Made by a program: the position numbers and the translations under genes. Below are positions 1 to 6,956 of a stretch of DNA of 64,000 bases, one piece after another. Origin of the DNA: a virus. Position 1 is the first letter of the stretch. Each line of letters begins with the position of its first letter. The notes under the pieces are model-generated. The model was not told the DNA's origin and did not search any database. It saw only the letters and a program-made list of their open reading frames with translations. The stretch lies in IMG/VR virus record IMGVR_UViG_3300045996_001613, positions 19,578-83,577 of that record. One strand, written 5' to 3'.

Positions 1-1
1 T

Positions 2-103
2 GGGTAAGGGTAAGGGGTGAGGCTTATTAAGATAAGGGTATCAAGGGTATGAGGGTCATACCCTTATTGCACACAAGACTAGTGAACAAAGGAGATAAGG
101 GTT
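2..103 (+). repeat. Cluster of TAAGGG(T/G) short repeats at the window edge
   Basis: GGGTAAGGGTAAGGGG at 2-17, then TAAGGGTA, CAAGGGTA, TGAGGGT and TAAGGGTT within 100 bp. Confidence 0.6.
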
Positions 104-379
104 ATGGTTATTGAGTTCTTTATAACGGATGATACAGAAGGGATCGAGTACGGTCCGTTCGGCACCCCGCAAGAGGCTTATGATATAGATGTATCAATGG
201 ATATGTATAAGCCTGCAGTAGTACGCCGGATAGATTGTGACTATCGTTCCGATGTTGAGGTAGACCGGGATGGGAATGATAAGCCTAGCTTAGACGCCCA
301 CTACGATAGGCTTAACGCTCGCGATAGGGCTACGTACGGTATGAGCCCGCAGCAGATAGAGCGACACGACAGTATGTAA
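104..379 (+). CDS. Hypothetical early protein
   Basis: AAGGAG upstream; acidic 91-aa ORF. Confidence 0.6.
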   Translation: MVIEFFITDDTEGIEYGPFGTPQEAYDIDVSMDMYKPAVVRRIDCDYRSDVEVDRDGNDKPSLDAHYDRLNARDRATYGMSPQQIERHDSM

Positions 380-544
380 CAAATGTATCCAGGGTGTAGC
401 GTGCACCACGGCGTACGGGGCGAACCCACTACACCCACTAGTAATAAGGGCTACGAGGTCAGGAGATAAGGGTATGTCCGCCACAACAGTCGAGGTCAAG
501 AAGTACGGTGCATGCACCATCCGTATCAAGGTTACAGTGGTACG

Positions 545-928
545 ATGATAGCCTACAGGATCTATGAAGAAAGGGACGGGCAACTGTACCCACTGCAGCA
601 CAAGACACGCACCCCGGTACCCTTGAACGAATGGATGCAAGCAGACGTAAAGATGGCGCGTGATGGGTCAGGCAACAGATGGTACAAGGCGGGCTTCCAC
701 TCTGTACCTCGTATCGAAGATGCCGAGGCTTATATGCAGCATTTCAGGTCAGCCCGTCGCGAGAGGTTAAGGGTCGTCGAGGTCGAGGTTAGCAACACAT
801 GGAGCAAGGACCACTCGCCTGCCCCTGTGATCCTGTCGGAGTACATGTTGGTTAAGGGTATCGTAACTACGCAAAACACAGATTTCAATCCGAGGTCTCA
901 GAGCTGTGATCTCGGGGAGGAGGCATAG
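545..928 (+). CDS. Hypothetical early protein (start uncertain; ORF track starts at 512)
   Basis: Protein-like composition (AYRIYE..GFHS..LRVVEVEV); abuts the next gene. Confidence 0.65.
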   Translation: MIAYRIYEERDGQLYPLQHKTRTPVPLNEWMQADVKMARDGSGNRWYKAGFHSVPRIEDAEAYMQHFRSARRERLRVVEVEVSNTWSKDHSPAPVILSEYMLVKGIVTTQNTDFNPRSQSCDLGEEA

Positions 929-929
929 C

Positions 930-1115
930 ATGCTAGCGCAGGACGTAAAGCCTTTGGAGCGTGAGCTTCTGGACCACCTGTATCAGGTGTTGCTTGAAGC
1001 AGAGAACGATGAGCTACCGAACCCAGACCGGATACGCAAGGCACGCGCCGACTATGCCGCATGCGAGGAATGGTATGCAAGGAAGTACAGCGTAGACATG
1101 GAGGTTGCATCGTAA
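930..1115 (+). CDS. Hypothetical protein
   Basis: GGAGG upstream of ATG 930; TAATG coupling to the next gene. Confidence 0.65.
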   Translation: MLAQDVKPLERELLDHLYQVLLEAENDELPNPDRIRKARADYAACEEWYARKYSVDMEVAS

Positions 1116-1252
1116 TGCATGTTGCGAAGTACGAGATCAAGGCAGACGGGCGCAGGGTCGGCGTCGCGGATAAGCCTGATCAGGCCAGCGACGCGAGGAA
1201 GAAGTATCGCAACTATGGCTACAAGGTGGAGGTCAAGAAGTTCAGAGTGTGA
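1115..1252 (+). CDS. Small basic hypothetical protein
   Basis: GGAGGT SD, coupled ATG at 1115. Confidence 0.6.
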   Translation: MHVAKYEIKADGRRVGVADKPDQASDARKKYRNYGYKVEVKKFRV

Positions 1253-1290
1253 ACGAATTCACAGCGGGGGATAAGGGTAGGGCTTAGACT
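1248..1290 (+). promoter_or_regulatory. CRP/FNR-type box TGTGA-N6-TCACA with downstream -10 (TAGACT)
   Basis: TGTGAACGAATTCACA 1248-1263; TAGACT 1285-1290; 21-nt gap. Confidence 0.65.
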
Positions 1291-1324
1291 AGTGTCAACG
1301 GTAACGGAACGAACGGAGGACAGG

Positions 1325-1561
1325 ATGCAGTACCTAGACCGGAACTACAGCAGCAAGGCCGCAGTCAAGAGGGCTCTGGCCGAGGGTGCCGAGATCAGGG
1401 TCAACGTGGTTGAGCCGCAGATCTCGGGCCGCAGCGTCAAGAGCAAGAAGTTCGGCACCGTGACCGAGCACACCGTCGCGGGTCCATGGTTTCCCCAGCC
1501 GCATAGCTGGTACGGCAACGTCCGCGTCAACGACGCGGGCCTCGTGGTCGAGGTCAAGTAA
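1325..1561 (+). CDS. Hypothetical protein
   Basis: GGAGG SD before ATG 1325. Confidence 0.7.
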   Translation: MQYLDRNYSSKAAVKRALAEGAEIRVNVVEPQISGRSVKSKKFGTVTEHTVAGPWFPQPHSWYGNVRVNDAGLVVEVK

Positions 1562-1803
1562 TGGCGCAGACCGACGAGACCAAGGCGATCAAGGCAAAGG
1601 TACGGGCCGCGAAGCAGAATCTGCAGAAGGCAGAGAGGCTGATCCTCGACGCGGAAAAGGGCGAGGTCAGCGTGCACATCGGTAGCCTACTGGCCGCGGG
1701 ATACGCGATGATGGCAACACACGACGCGCAGGACGCGGAGCGCAACGCTCGCGGACTGCACGCGGCGACGGAGGACAGCTACCACGAGGAGGTCTCGGCG
1801 TAA
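1561..1803 (+). CDS. Hypothetical helical protein
   Basis: TAATG coupling; GAGGT SD. Confidence 0.7.
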   Translation: MAQTDETKAIKAKVRAAKQNLQKAERLILDAEKGEVSVHIGSLLAAGYAMMATHDAQDAERNARGLHAATEDSYHEEVSA

Positions 1804-1835
1804 CGCCGGGACCTCTCTACCCGAAGGGAGCAGCA

Positions 1836-2288
1836 ATGCCAGCCATCACCCCGGAGCAGATAGACCAGAAGTTCGGCGGACAGTACTCCGAGAACTACAC
1901 CTTAGGCGTACGCCATGGGGTCAAGGCCGAGACCAGCGTAGTGCACGCGACCATCGGTCGCGCAGAGGACAACCTGTTCGCCACGACCGAGGCGCAGTGG
2001 GACTACCTCGACGGTTGGGTTCAGGGGCGCGTCGAGTGGGACGCGGCGGTTGAGGGCGATCAGGTCTACGAGCAGTATGCTCGGATGTTCACGGACGGCA
2101 AGTTCGACGTGACAGACATGGTGCGATTCTTCCTCGCGGACCTCGCGACGGAGGACGTGTACATCGCGATACCCGCGGCAGGCGACCCGTTCGCGGCTGC
2201 TCTGCGCGAGGCCGAGTGCGATATGCTGGCTCTGTACCTCGACGACAAAATCACTGCCGACCAGTACCTCTATGCGAGGGGAGCGTAA
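1836..2288 (+). CDS. Hypothetical protein
   Basis: AAGGGAG SD; high GC3 codon pattern. Confidence 0.75.
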   Translation: MPAITPEQIDQKFGGQYSENYTLGVRHGVKAETSVVHATIGRAEDNLFATTEAQWDYLDGWVQGRVEWDAAVEGDQVYEQYARMFTDGKFDVTDMVRFFLADLATEDVYIAIPAAGDPFAAALREAECDMLALYLDDKITADQYLYARGA

Positions 2289-2289
2289 G

Positions 2290-2529
2290 ATGGAGCAGAA
2301 GTACGTCGTAGCCGAGCAAGACCCGAGCCTCAGCCCGAGCCGTGAACTCGGGCTGTCCTCCTCCGGTGTACGGATGGACCTGTACTCAGCCCTGTCGACG
2401 GCTGCGGAAGCAGCCCGCAGGTACGGCACAGCACATGAGGTCCGCGTCGTGACCCGCGAGTATGACTCCGGCACGTTCGCGGTCGGGGCCAGCCGGTACA
2501 CCGTCGACCCCTCGGAGGTCAGCGCATGA
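2290..2529 (+). CDS. Hypothetical protein
   Basis: GGGAG SD before ATG 2290; ATGA overlap with the next gene. Confidence 0.65.
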   Translation: MEQKYVVAEQDPSLSPSRELGLSSSGVRMDLYSALSTAAEAARRYGTAHEVRVVTREYDSGTFAVGASRYTVDPSEVSA

Positions 2530-2747
2530 GCATGACTCTGACGGACGTACGCAACGCGGTACCAGCCATGACCGACGGCATGCTGGTGGAGCTATACTGC
2601 CAGTACAGCACCTTTGCCGACCGTAACCCTGACTCCGACGAGGGGCGATACAAGGCGAAAATGGAGATCGTAGACGCGGAGTCTAAGAAGAGGCACCGTC
2701 CACACGTGGACGCGAAGAAGGCGACGAAGTGGGGGTATTGGAAGTGA
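2526..2747 (+). CDS. Small helical-hairpin hypothetical protein
   Basis: GGAGGT SD, ATGA overlap. Confidence 0.7.
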   Translation: MSMTLTDVRNAVPAMTDGMLVELYCQYSTFADRNPDSDEGRYKAKMEIVDAESKKRHRPHVDAKKATKWGYWK

Positions 2748-3472
2748 ACATCGCAGTGCTATTCGACGGCGCAGGGCTCGCACGACTCGGGCTAGAGCAG
2801 GCGGGGCATACGTGCACCGGATACGAGCTAGATCCGTGGAAGCACTACCTCTCGCAGTTCGTGGGCTCGGGGAATTCCGTGCTCGCGGACGTACGCGACG
2901 TGGACCTGTCCCCCTACGATGCAGTGTGGGCATCGCCCCCGTGCCAGTGGCACAGCAGCGCACGCACGCAAGGGGACCCGGTCTCGGGCTTCGCGACCGA
3001 TCTCCTAGAGTGGTCTCTGAACCTCGACGTGGGTGTCCTGTGGGTGGAGAACATCATGAGCCAGACTGCCAGCCTCAATACGTGGGGCACCAAGTACAAC
3101 GCGGCTCAGTTCCTATCCGTCCCCATCCAGAATCGCAACCGCATCGTCGGCGGTCACTATCGCGAGCCGTTTGTGTACGCGAGCTACCGGCGTACGTTCG
3201 CGGGGATCTGCCCCTGCATCACGGCCAGCGAGTACAAGGGCTGCGCCTCCGACACGCGCAGGGCGTCGCGCTACTACGGGCGTCGCCTGACTGTCGGGGA
3301 GTGTGCCGACCATCAGGGGCTCACCATTCCCCCCGAGTGGCACACCGTACCCGAGGGATTCACGCCGGGACGTTGGAGGCAGAATCTCTACGAGGCGATT
3401 GGTAACGGGGTCCCCGTCTACATGGCGCGTGGCTTCGGTGAGATGTACCCGGCGAAATCCAGGGGATTGTAA
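2744..3472 (+). CDS. DNA (cytosine-5) methyltransferase, compact
   Basis: Motif I LFDGAG, IV SPPCQ, VI VENI, VIII QNRNR, IX RRLTVGEC, X IGNGVP; GTGA overlap gives start 2744. Confidence 0.9.
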   Translation: MNIAVLFDGAGLARLGLEQAGHTCTGYELDPWKHYLSQFVGSGNSVLADVRDVDLSPYDAVWASPPCQWHSSARTQGDPVSGFATDLLEWSLNLDVGVLWVENIMSQTASLNTWGTKYNAAQFLSVPIQNRNRIVGGHYREPFVYASYRRTFAGICPCITASEYKGCASDTRRASRYYGRRLTVGECADHQGLTIPPEWHTVPEGFTPGRWRQNLYEAIGNGVPVYMARGFGEMYPAKSRGL

Positions 3473-3493
3473 CTGCCGGCACAAGCTCGAGAT

Positions 3494-3536
3494 TGTGAAC
3501 GAATTCACAGACAACGGTAGCCGAGTAGGAGATAAT
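3494..3536 (+). promoter_or_regulatory. CRP/FNR-type box with downstream -10 (GATAAT)
   Basis: TGTGAACGAATTCACA 3494-3509; GATAAT 3531-3536; 21-nt gap. Confidence 0.6.
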
Positions 3537-3589
3537 GCGGGAGCAATGAGAAGGACAACGACAAGGGGAGAGACATGTGAACTCAGAGG

Positions 3590-3890
3590 GGCGAGCCTGA
3601 CGGTCCTGACCCCAACAGGCGAGACGGTCGGAGTACCAGACCGGCGGGGATGTGGGCGCGAGCCCGTGCATGAAAGAGAGCACACCCAGCGAGGGCCGCT
3701 GGTAAGGAGGCTCACATCCCCTGATGGCGAGGCAGATACGGGCGCAGTGGTGCGAACGGCTCATGGGGCTGATCACCCCGGCAAGCCTAGTAGCACGGTG
3801 AAAATCCCACGGCTAACTGCCGTGCCGATGGCGACAATGGGGCTGATCACCCCGGAGTCGACCGGGAAAGCTGCGCCGGTATCTGCCCCG
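3590..3890 (+). ncRNA. Putative multibranched structured ncRNA (unknown class)
   Basis: Stems GGGGATGT/ACATCCCC and GGCAGATAC/GTATCTGCC enclose several hairpins, including two copies of ATGGGGCTGATCACCCCGG; no credible CDS. Confidence 0.6.
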
Positions 3891-3909
3891 ACCACGAATG
3901 GAGGAGCAC

Positions 3910-4092
3910 ATGAGACCGCCAGCACGACATACGGTGGACGGGGTGCACAAGCGCACCGGGATGATAGTCACGGTGAAGCTGGGCTTCGCCTCTCACCGGG
4001 ATGCGCACAACTACATAACCAAGCACCTGACCGAACTGCACGTCAGGGGAATAGACCCGGTGCACGTCGGGACGGACAGGACGGGCGCGTAA
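3910..4092 (+). CDS. Small hypothetical protein between ncRNAs
   Basis: GGAGGAG SD before ATG 3910; its stop lies inside the mini-tmRNA 5' end. Confidence 0.6.
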   Translation: MRPPARHTVDGVHKRTGMIVTVKLGFASHRDAHNYITKHLTELHVRGIDPVHVGTDRTGA

Positions 4093-4161
4093 TGGGTTCG
4101 ACGGGTGCAACGGGCGCGAGCGCCCAACACCCGGAGGAGAGTTCGATTCTCTCCGCGTCCA
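4083..4161 (+). ncRNA. Mini-tmRNA: tmRNA tRNA-like domain with no mRNA-like domain
   Basis: Acceptor GGGCGCG/CGCGTCC with G3.U70 and A73; unpaired D-region TAATGGGTTCGA; P2 CGGGTG/CACCCG; GAG linker; T-arm GAGAG-TTCGATT-CTCTC. Confidence 0.8.
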
Positions 4162-4164
4162 CTA

Positions 4165-4295
4165 CGAGTCCCGGCATGGTACGGGAGAGACACGCTGAAA
4201 CACCACGCACGGCCACTGCGGTAGTCATGACCCGCATGCTTTCAAAGTGTCTCTGGTTGAATATACGCGACTCTCCCACACCATGCCGGGGCTCG
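4165..4295 (+). ncRNA. Putative rod-like structured ncRNA
   Basis: CGAGTCCCGGCATGGT/ACCATGCCGGGGCTCG 16-bp stem, then GGGAGAG/CTCTCCC, AGAGACAC/GTGTCTCT, TGAAA/TTTCA and GCGG/CCGC. Confidence 0.6.
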
Positions 4296-4327
4296 GCTGT
4301 AGTCAACACCGACCGGGAGGTCTGACC

Positions 4328-4462
4328 GTGGACACTATGGACCTGCACAACTGGCGTGAATGGAGCGCAGAGCAGTTCGCCCTCGACGCGGAGGCCGAGG
4401 TCTCCGAGGACGAGATAGCCGCGAGCTACGCGGCCACGAACCCCCACGAGGAGGTAGAGTAA
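4328..4462 (+). CDS. Small acidic hypothetical protein
   Basis: GGAGGT SD before GTG 4328. Confidence 0.55.
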   Translation: MDTMDLHNWREWSAEQFALDAEAEVSEDEIAASYAATNPHEEVE

Positions 4463-4659
4463 TGACCGGAGTACACGGCCCACTGGTCGTCCGCGAGGTC
4501 TGGATCGTCGGGCCAGTGATGTCGGAGTTCGTCGGCTTCATGAACCGCGTAAATTCCCGCATCAAGGTCGGCAGGATAGCCGAGCTAAATGGGTGGGAGG
4601 TATGGGATCGCGAGATAAACGAGACACACGACACCTTTTGGCTGAGGGAGGCATCATGA
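4462..4659 (+). CDS. Hypothetical protein
   Basis: GGAGGT SD, TAATG coupling. Confidence 0.65.
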   Translation: MTGVHGPLVVREVWIVGPVMSEFVGFMNRVNSRIKVGRIAELNGWEVWDREINETHDTFWLREAS

Positions 4660-4823
4660 CCACCACGAGCATCGCGAAGGCCCGCCAACAACTCAAGCGG
4701 CAGTACCGGAAGATATCGACCGGCGTGCTCTATGGATGGATGGCCGTCTACCTCGTCGAGGACAACGAGTACATGTGCACCACAATCCGCGAGGTACTGC
4801 GGGAGAGGGGCGAGCAGATATGA
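4656..4823 (+). CDS. Small helical-hairpin hypothetical protein
   Basis: GGAGG SD, ATGA overlap. Confidence 0.65.
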   Translation: MTTTSIAKARQQLKRQYRKISTGVLYGWMAVYLVEDNEYMCTTIREVLRERGEQI

Positions 4824-5173
4824 TGCACCTAGAGTGGCATCTGGACAAGCTGAACGACGCGGCTAACGAACTAGCCCACAACGCCAAGCACCGCGAACTG
4901 ACCGAGGAGGAGATCGTCGAGTTCAAGCAGGAGTTCACCGACCAGATCCGCAACCTGCAGGACGAGGTATCGTCCCTCGGAGGACACCTGACCGACGCGG
5001 TAAACGAACTGTACGAAATGCTGCCGAAGTGCGAACAGTGCGACGAGATCCTGACCGAGGACAACATCGCGGACACGGCAGACCTACGAGACGCGAAGGT
5101 CTGCGCCGACTGCCAGTACGACATGGACCCCATGAACGACGTGAACTACGTCGGTCACCCGATGCACTACTAA
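4820..5173 (+). CDS. Coiled-coil plus CxxC..CxxC zinc-finger protein
   Basis: CEQC...CADC; ATGA overlap. Confidence 0.7.
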   Translation: MMHLEWHLDKLNDAANELAHNAKHRELTEEEIVEFKQEFTDQIRNLQDEVSSLGGHLTDAVNELYEMLPKCEQCDEILTEDNIADTADLRDAKVCADCQYDMDPMNDVNYVGHPMHY

Positions 5174-5174
5174 T

Positions 5175-5216
5175 TGTGAATTCGTTCACAGATATCACGG
5201 CACAATTTGTTACACT
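5175..5216 (+). promoter_or_regulatory. CRP/FNR-type box (inverted copy) with extended -10 TGnTACACT
   Basis: TGTGAATTCGTTCACA 5175-5190 is the exact reverse complement of the other two boxes; TACACT 5211-5216; 20-nt gap. Confidence 0.65.
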
Positions 5217-5253
5217 TGAGGTCAACGGTAAGGACGATCAGGAGGTAGGCAAG

Positions 5254-5874
5254 ATGCAGTACAAGGTGGACCCGAAGATCCAAAAGCTCTGCGACGAGGG
5301 CGTGAAGTACATCGCGGAGTTCTTGGATCTAGTCGACACCCGCAAGCTGTACGAGTTCAAGATCCGGCAGTCTGATAGCGCACGCGCCATCCCCTGCGCG
5401 TATGGCAACTGCAAGTCTCCGCGTCGCTCGTCGATTCTCGGTGGCGGCAGCGGCCAGACCGCGGGATTCCGCATCTCAGTCTCCCTCAAGGGCAGCGACG
5501 ACGATTTCCCGTGGGCTCCGGGCTCGTGGGGTCGACGGGGCTATCTCCGGCACGCGGGTGAAATCCACCACGGACATGTAGGCACTACGCTAGCCGAGCA
5601 GATGGTCTTCGTGTCCGGTCACGAGTTCCTGCACTACGCGGCCCTGTCGGGGCTGTGTCCGGTGCGATACAGCCAAGAGTACAACGCGGATCGGTTCGGA
5701 TACGATATGATGCATTCCTTCCGAGAAGGCGTCGATCCGGTCTTCCTCGCGGAACACTTCGATACCAACATCTGCCACGACCCCGGACACTACGCGCATC
5801 AGGTGCCTACGCGAATCGCGCATCAGCGAGCACCGTACGCGGCACTGCCCCCGACCATACGGAAGGGGATCTAG
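5254..5874 (+). CDS. Putative zinc metallopeptidase (HExxH)
   Basis: AGGAGGT SD before ATG 5254; GHEFLHY with downstream QEYNAD. Confidence 0.65.
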   Translation: MQYKVDPKIQKLCDEGVKYIAEFLDLVDTRKLYEFKIRQSDSARAIPCAYGNCKSPRRSSILGGGSGQTAGFRISVSLKGSDDDFPWAPGSWGRRGYLRHAGEIHHGHVGTTLAEQMVFVSGHEFLHYAALSGLCPVRYSQEYNADRFGYDMMHSFREGVDPVFLAEHFDTNICHDPGHYAHQVPTRIAHQRAPYAALPPTIRKGI

Positions 5875-5984
5875 TGGCCGTCACGCTGATCGCGATGCTG
5901 TTCATCGCGGTGTTCATCGGGCTACTGACCAAGCTGCCGGTAAGGTTCACCAACGAGTTCACAGGGGAGGACACCGATGATTGA
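5874..5984 (+). CDS. Small membrane protein
   Basis: TAGTG coupling; hydrophobic stretch TLIAMLFIAVFIGLL. Confidence 0.5.
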   Translation: MAVTLIAMLFIAVFIGLLTKLPVRFTNEFTGEDTDD

Positions 5985-6555
5985 TCCGATGAACGTCACC
6001 GACTTCGACCGCAGCGATGCAGAGCTAGAGGAGTTCTTTCTCTTCGCTGTGCTGGTCGCGAACAAGAACTCCGATAGGATGGCTCGGGCTCTGGATTTTC
6101 TGCTCCGGCAGGGTGAGCCGGGAGACTCCCCCTTTGACACGATCAGGCGCATGGTACTCGACGGCTCGATGCCCCTCCGCCTGATTCAGGCGAAGACCGG
6201 AGAGTATGGTCGACGCCTCAAGACCCTGACCGAGGTCGCGACCGGCATGGTGCCAAACCTCCGCAATGCGGAGCCGGAGGACCTAGAGCAGATCCACGGC
6301 GTCGGGCTCAAGACGGCACGATTCTTCCTCATGCACAGCAGGCGCAACAGCCAGTACGCCGCGATAGACACTCACATCCTCAAGTACATGAGGGAGTTCT
6401 ATGGGCACAAAGTTCCCAACCGTACGCCCACCAACCGGGAGGAGTACCGGGAGCTAGAGGAATGGTTTGTCTTGCAGTGCGCCATCGAGGGCGTCACCCC
6501 CGCGGCGAAGGACCTAGAGGTATGGAAGCTATACAGTGGGAGAGTAAGCGCATGA
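5977..6555 (+). CDS. HhH-GPD superfamily DNA glycosylase (OGG/endonuclease III-like)
   Basis: HhH motif LEQIHGVGLKTARFF and catalytic Asp in AAIDTHI. Confidence 0.8.
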   Translation: MIDPMNVTDFDRSDAELEEFFLFAVLVANKNSDRMARALDFLLRQGEPGDSPFDTIRRMVLDGSMPLRLIQAKTGEYGRRLKTLTEVATGMVPNLRNAEPEDLEQIHGVGLKTARFFLMHSRRNSQYAAIDTHILKYMREFYGHKVPNRTPTNREEYRELEEWFVLQCAIEGVTPAAKDLEVWKLYSGRVSA

Positions 6556-6860
6556 GCACCACGATAGACGGACAGAAGACTCGCGTCTCCATGGATGGCA
6601 CGCTGCCCTCGGAGATAGAGGGTGCCGAGCACATCAGCACCCTGCGAGCCGGAGGACGTGGCCGCAGAACATGGTACCGGGCTCTGTACTACGTAGAGCA
6701 GGGGTACGTGGTCTACGACTACGCCTACCATGACCGGATGCCAGACGCGACAGTCGGCTGGCTCAAGGGATACATGGACCGGGAGACTGTGGGCCGCGAG
6801 CACGCGGAGTTCTCGGAGGCACTGACCGCGAGGGACGATGCGAAAGGGGGTGAAGAGTGA
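6552..6860 (+). CDS. Hypothetical protein
   Basis: ATGA overlap; SD upstream. Confidence 0.65.
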   Translation: MSTTIDGQKTRVSMDGTLPSEIEGAEHISTLRAGGRGRRTWYRALYYVEQGYVVYDYAYHDRMPDATVGWLKGYMDRETVGREHAEFSEALTARDDAKGGEE

Positions 6861-6956
6861 GCAGGATCACCGACCTCGTACTGACCGTAGTCCTCGGGCC
6901 ACTGATTATCTACGGGATAGCCACAACTGTAATCGAAATTCTTCTCTAGGAGGCTA

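Noticed and set aside
2812-3405. Nested ORF in the first MTase, analogous to 21330-21812
   Set aside because: Arg/Pro-rich shadow-frame composition, no clear SD and no recognisable motif
4083-4161. Ordinary tRNA-Ala or a two-piece (permuted) tmRNA
   Set aside because: There is no D-stem and no 7-nt anticodon loop; the 5' and 3' acceptor strands are in normal order, unlike permuted genes
3303-4325. 340-aa + strand ORF
   Set aside because: Low-complexity R/G/T/P composition, no SD, overlaps the MTase end, and runs through promoter and RNA structures
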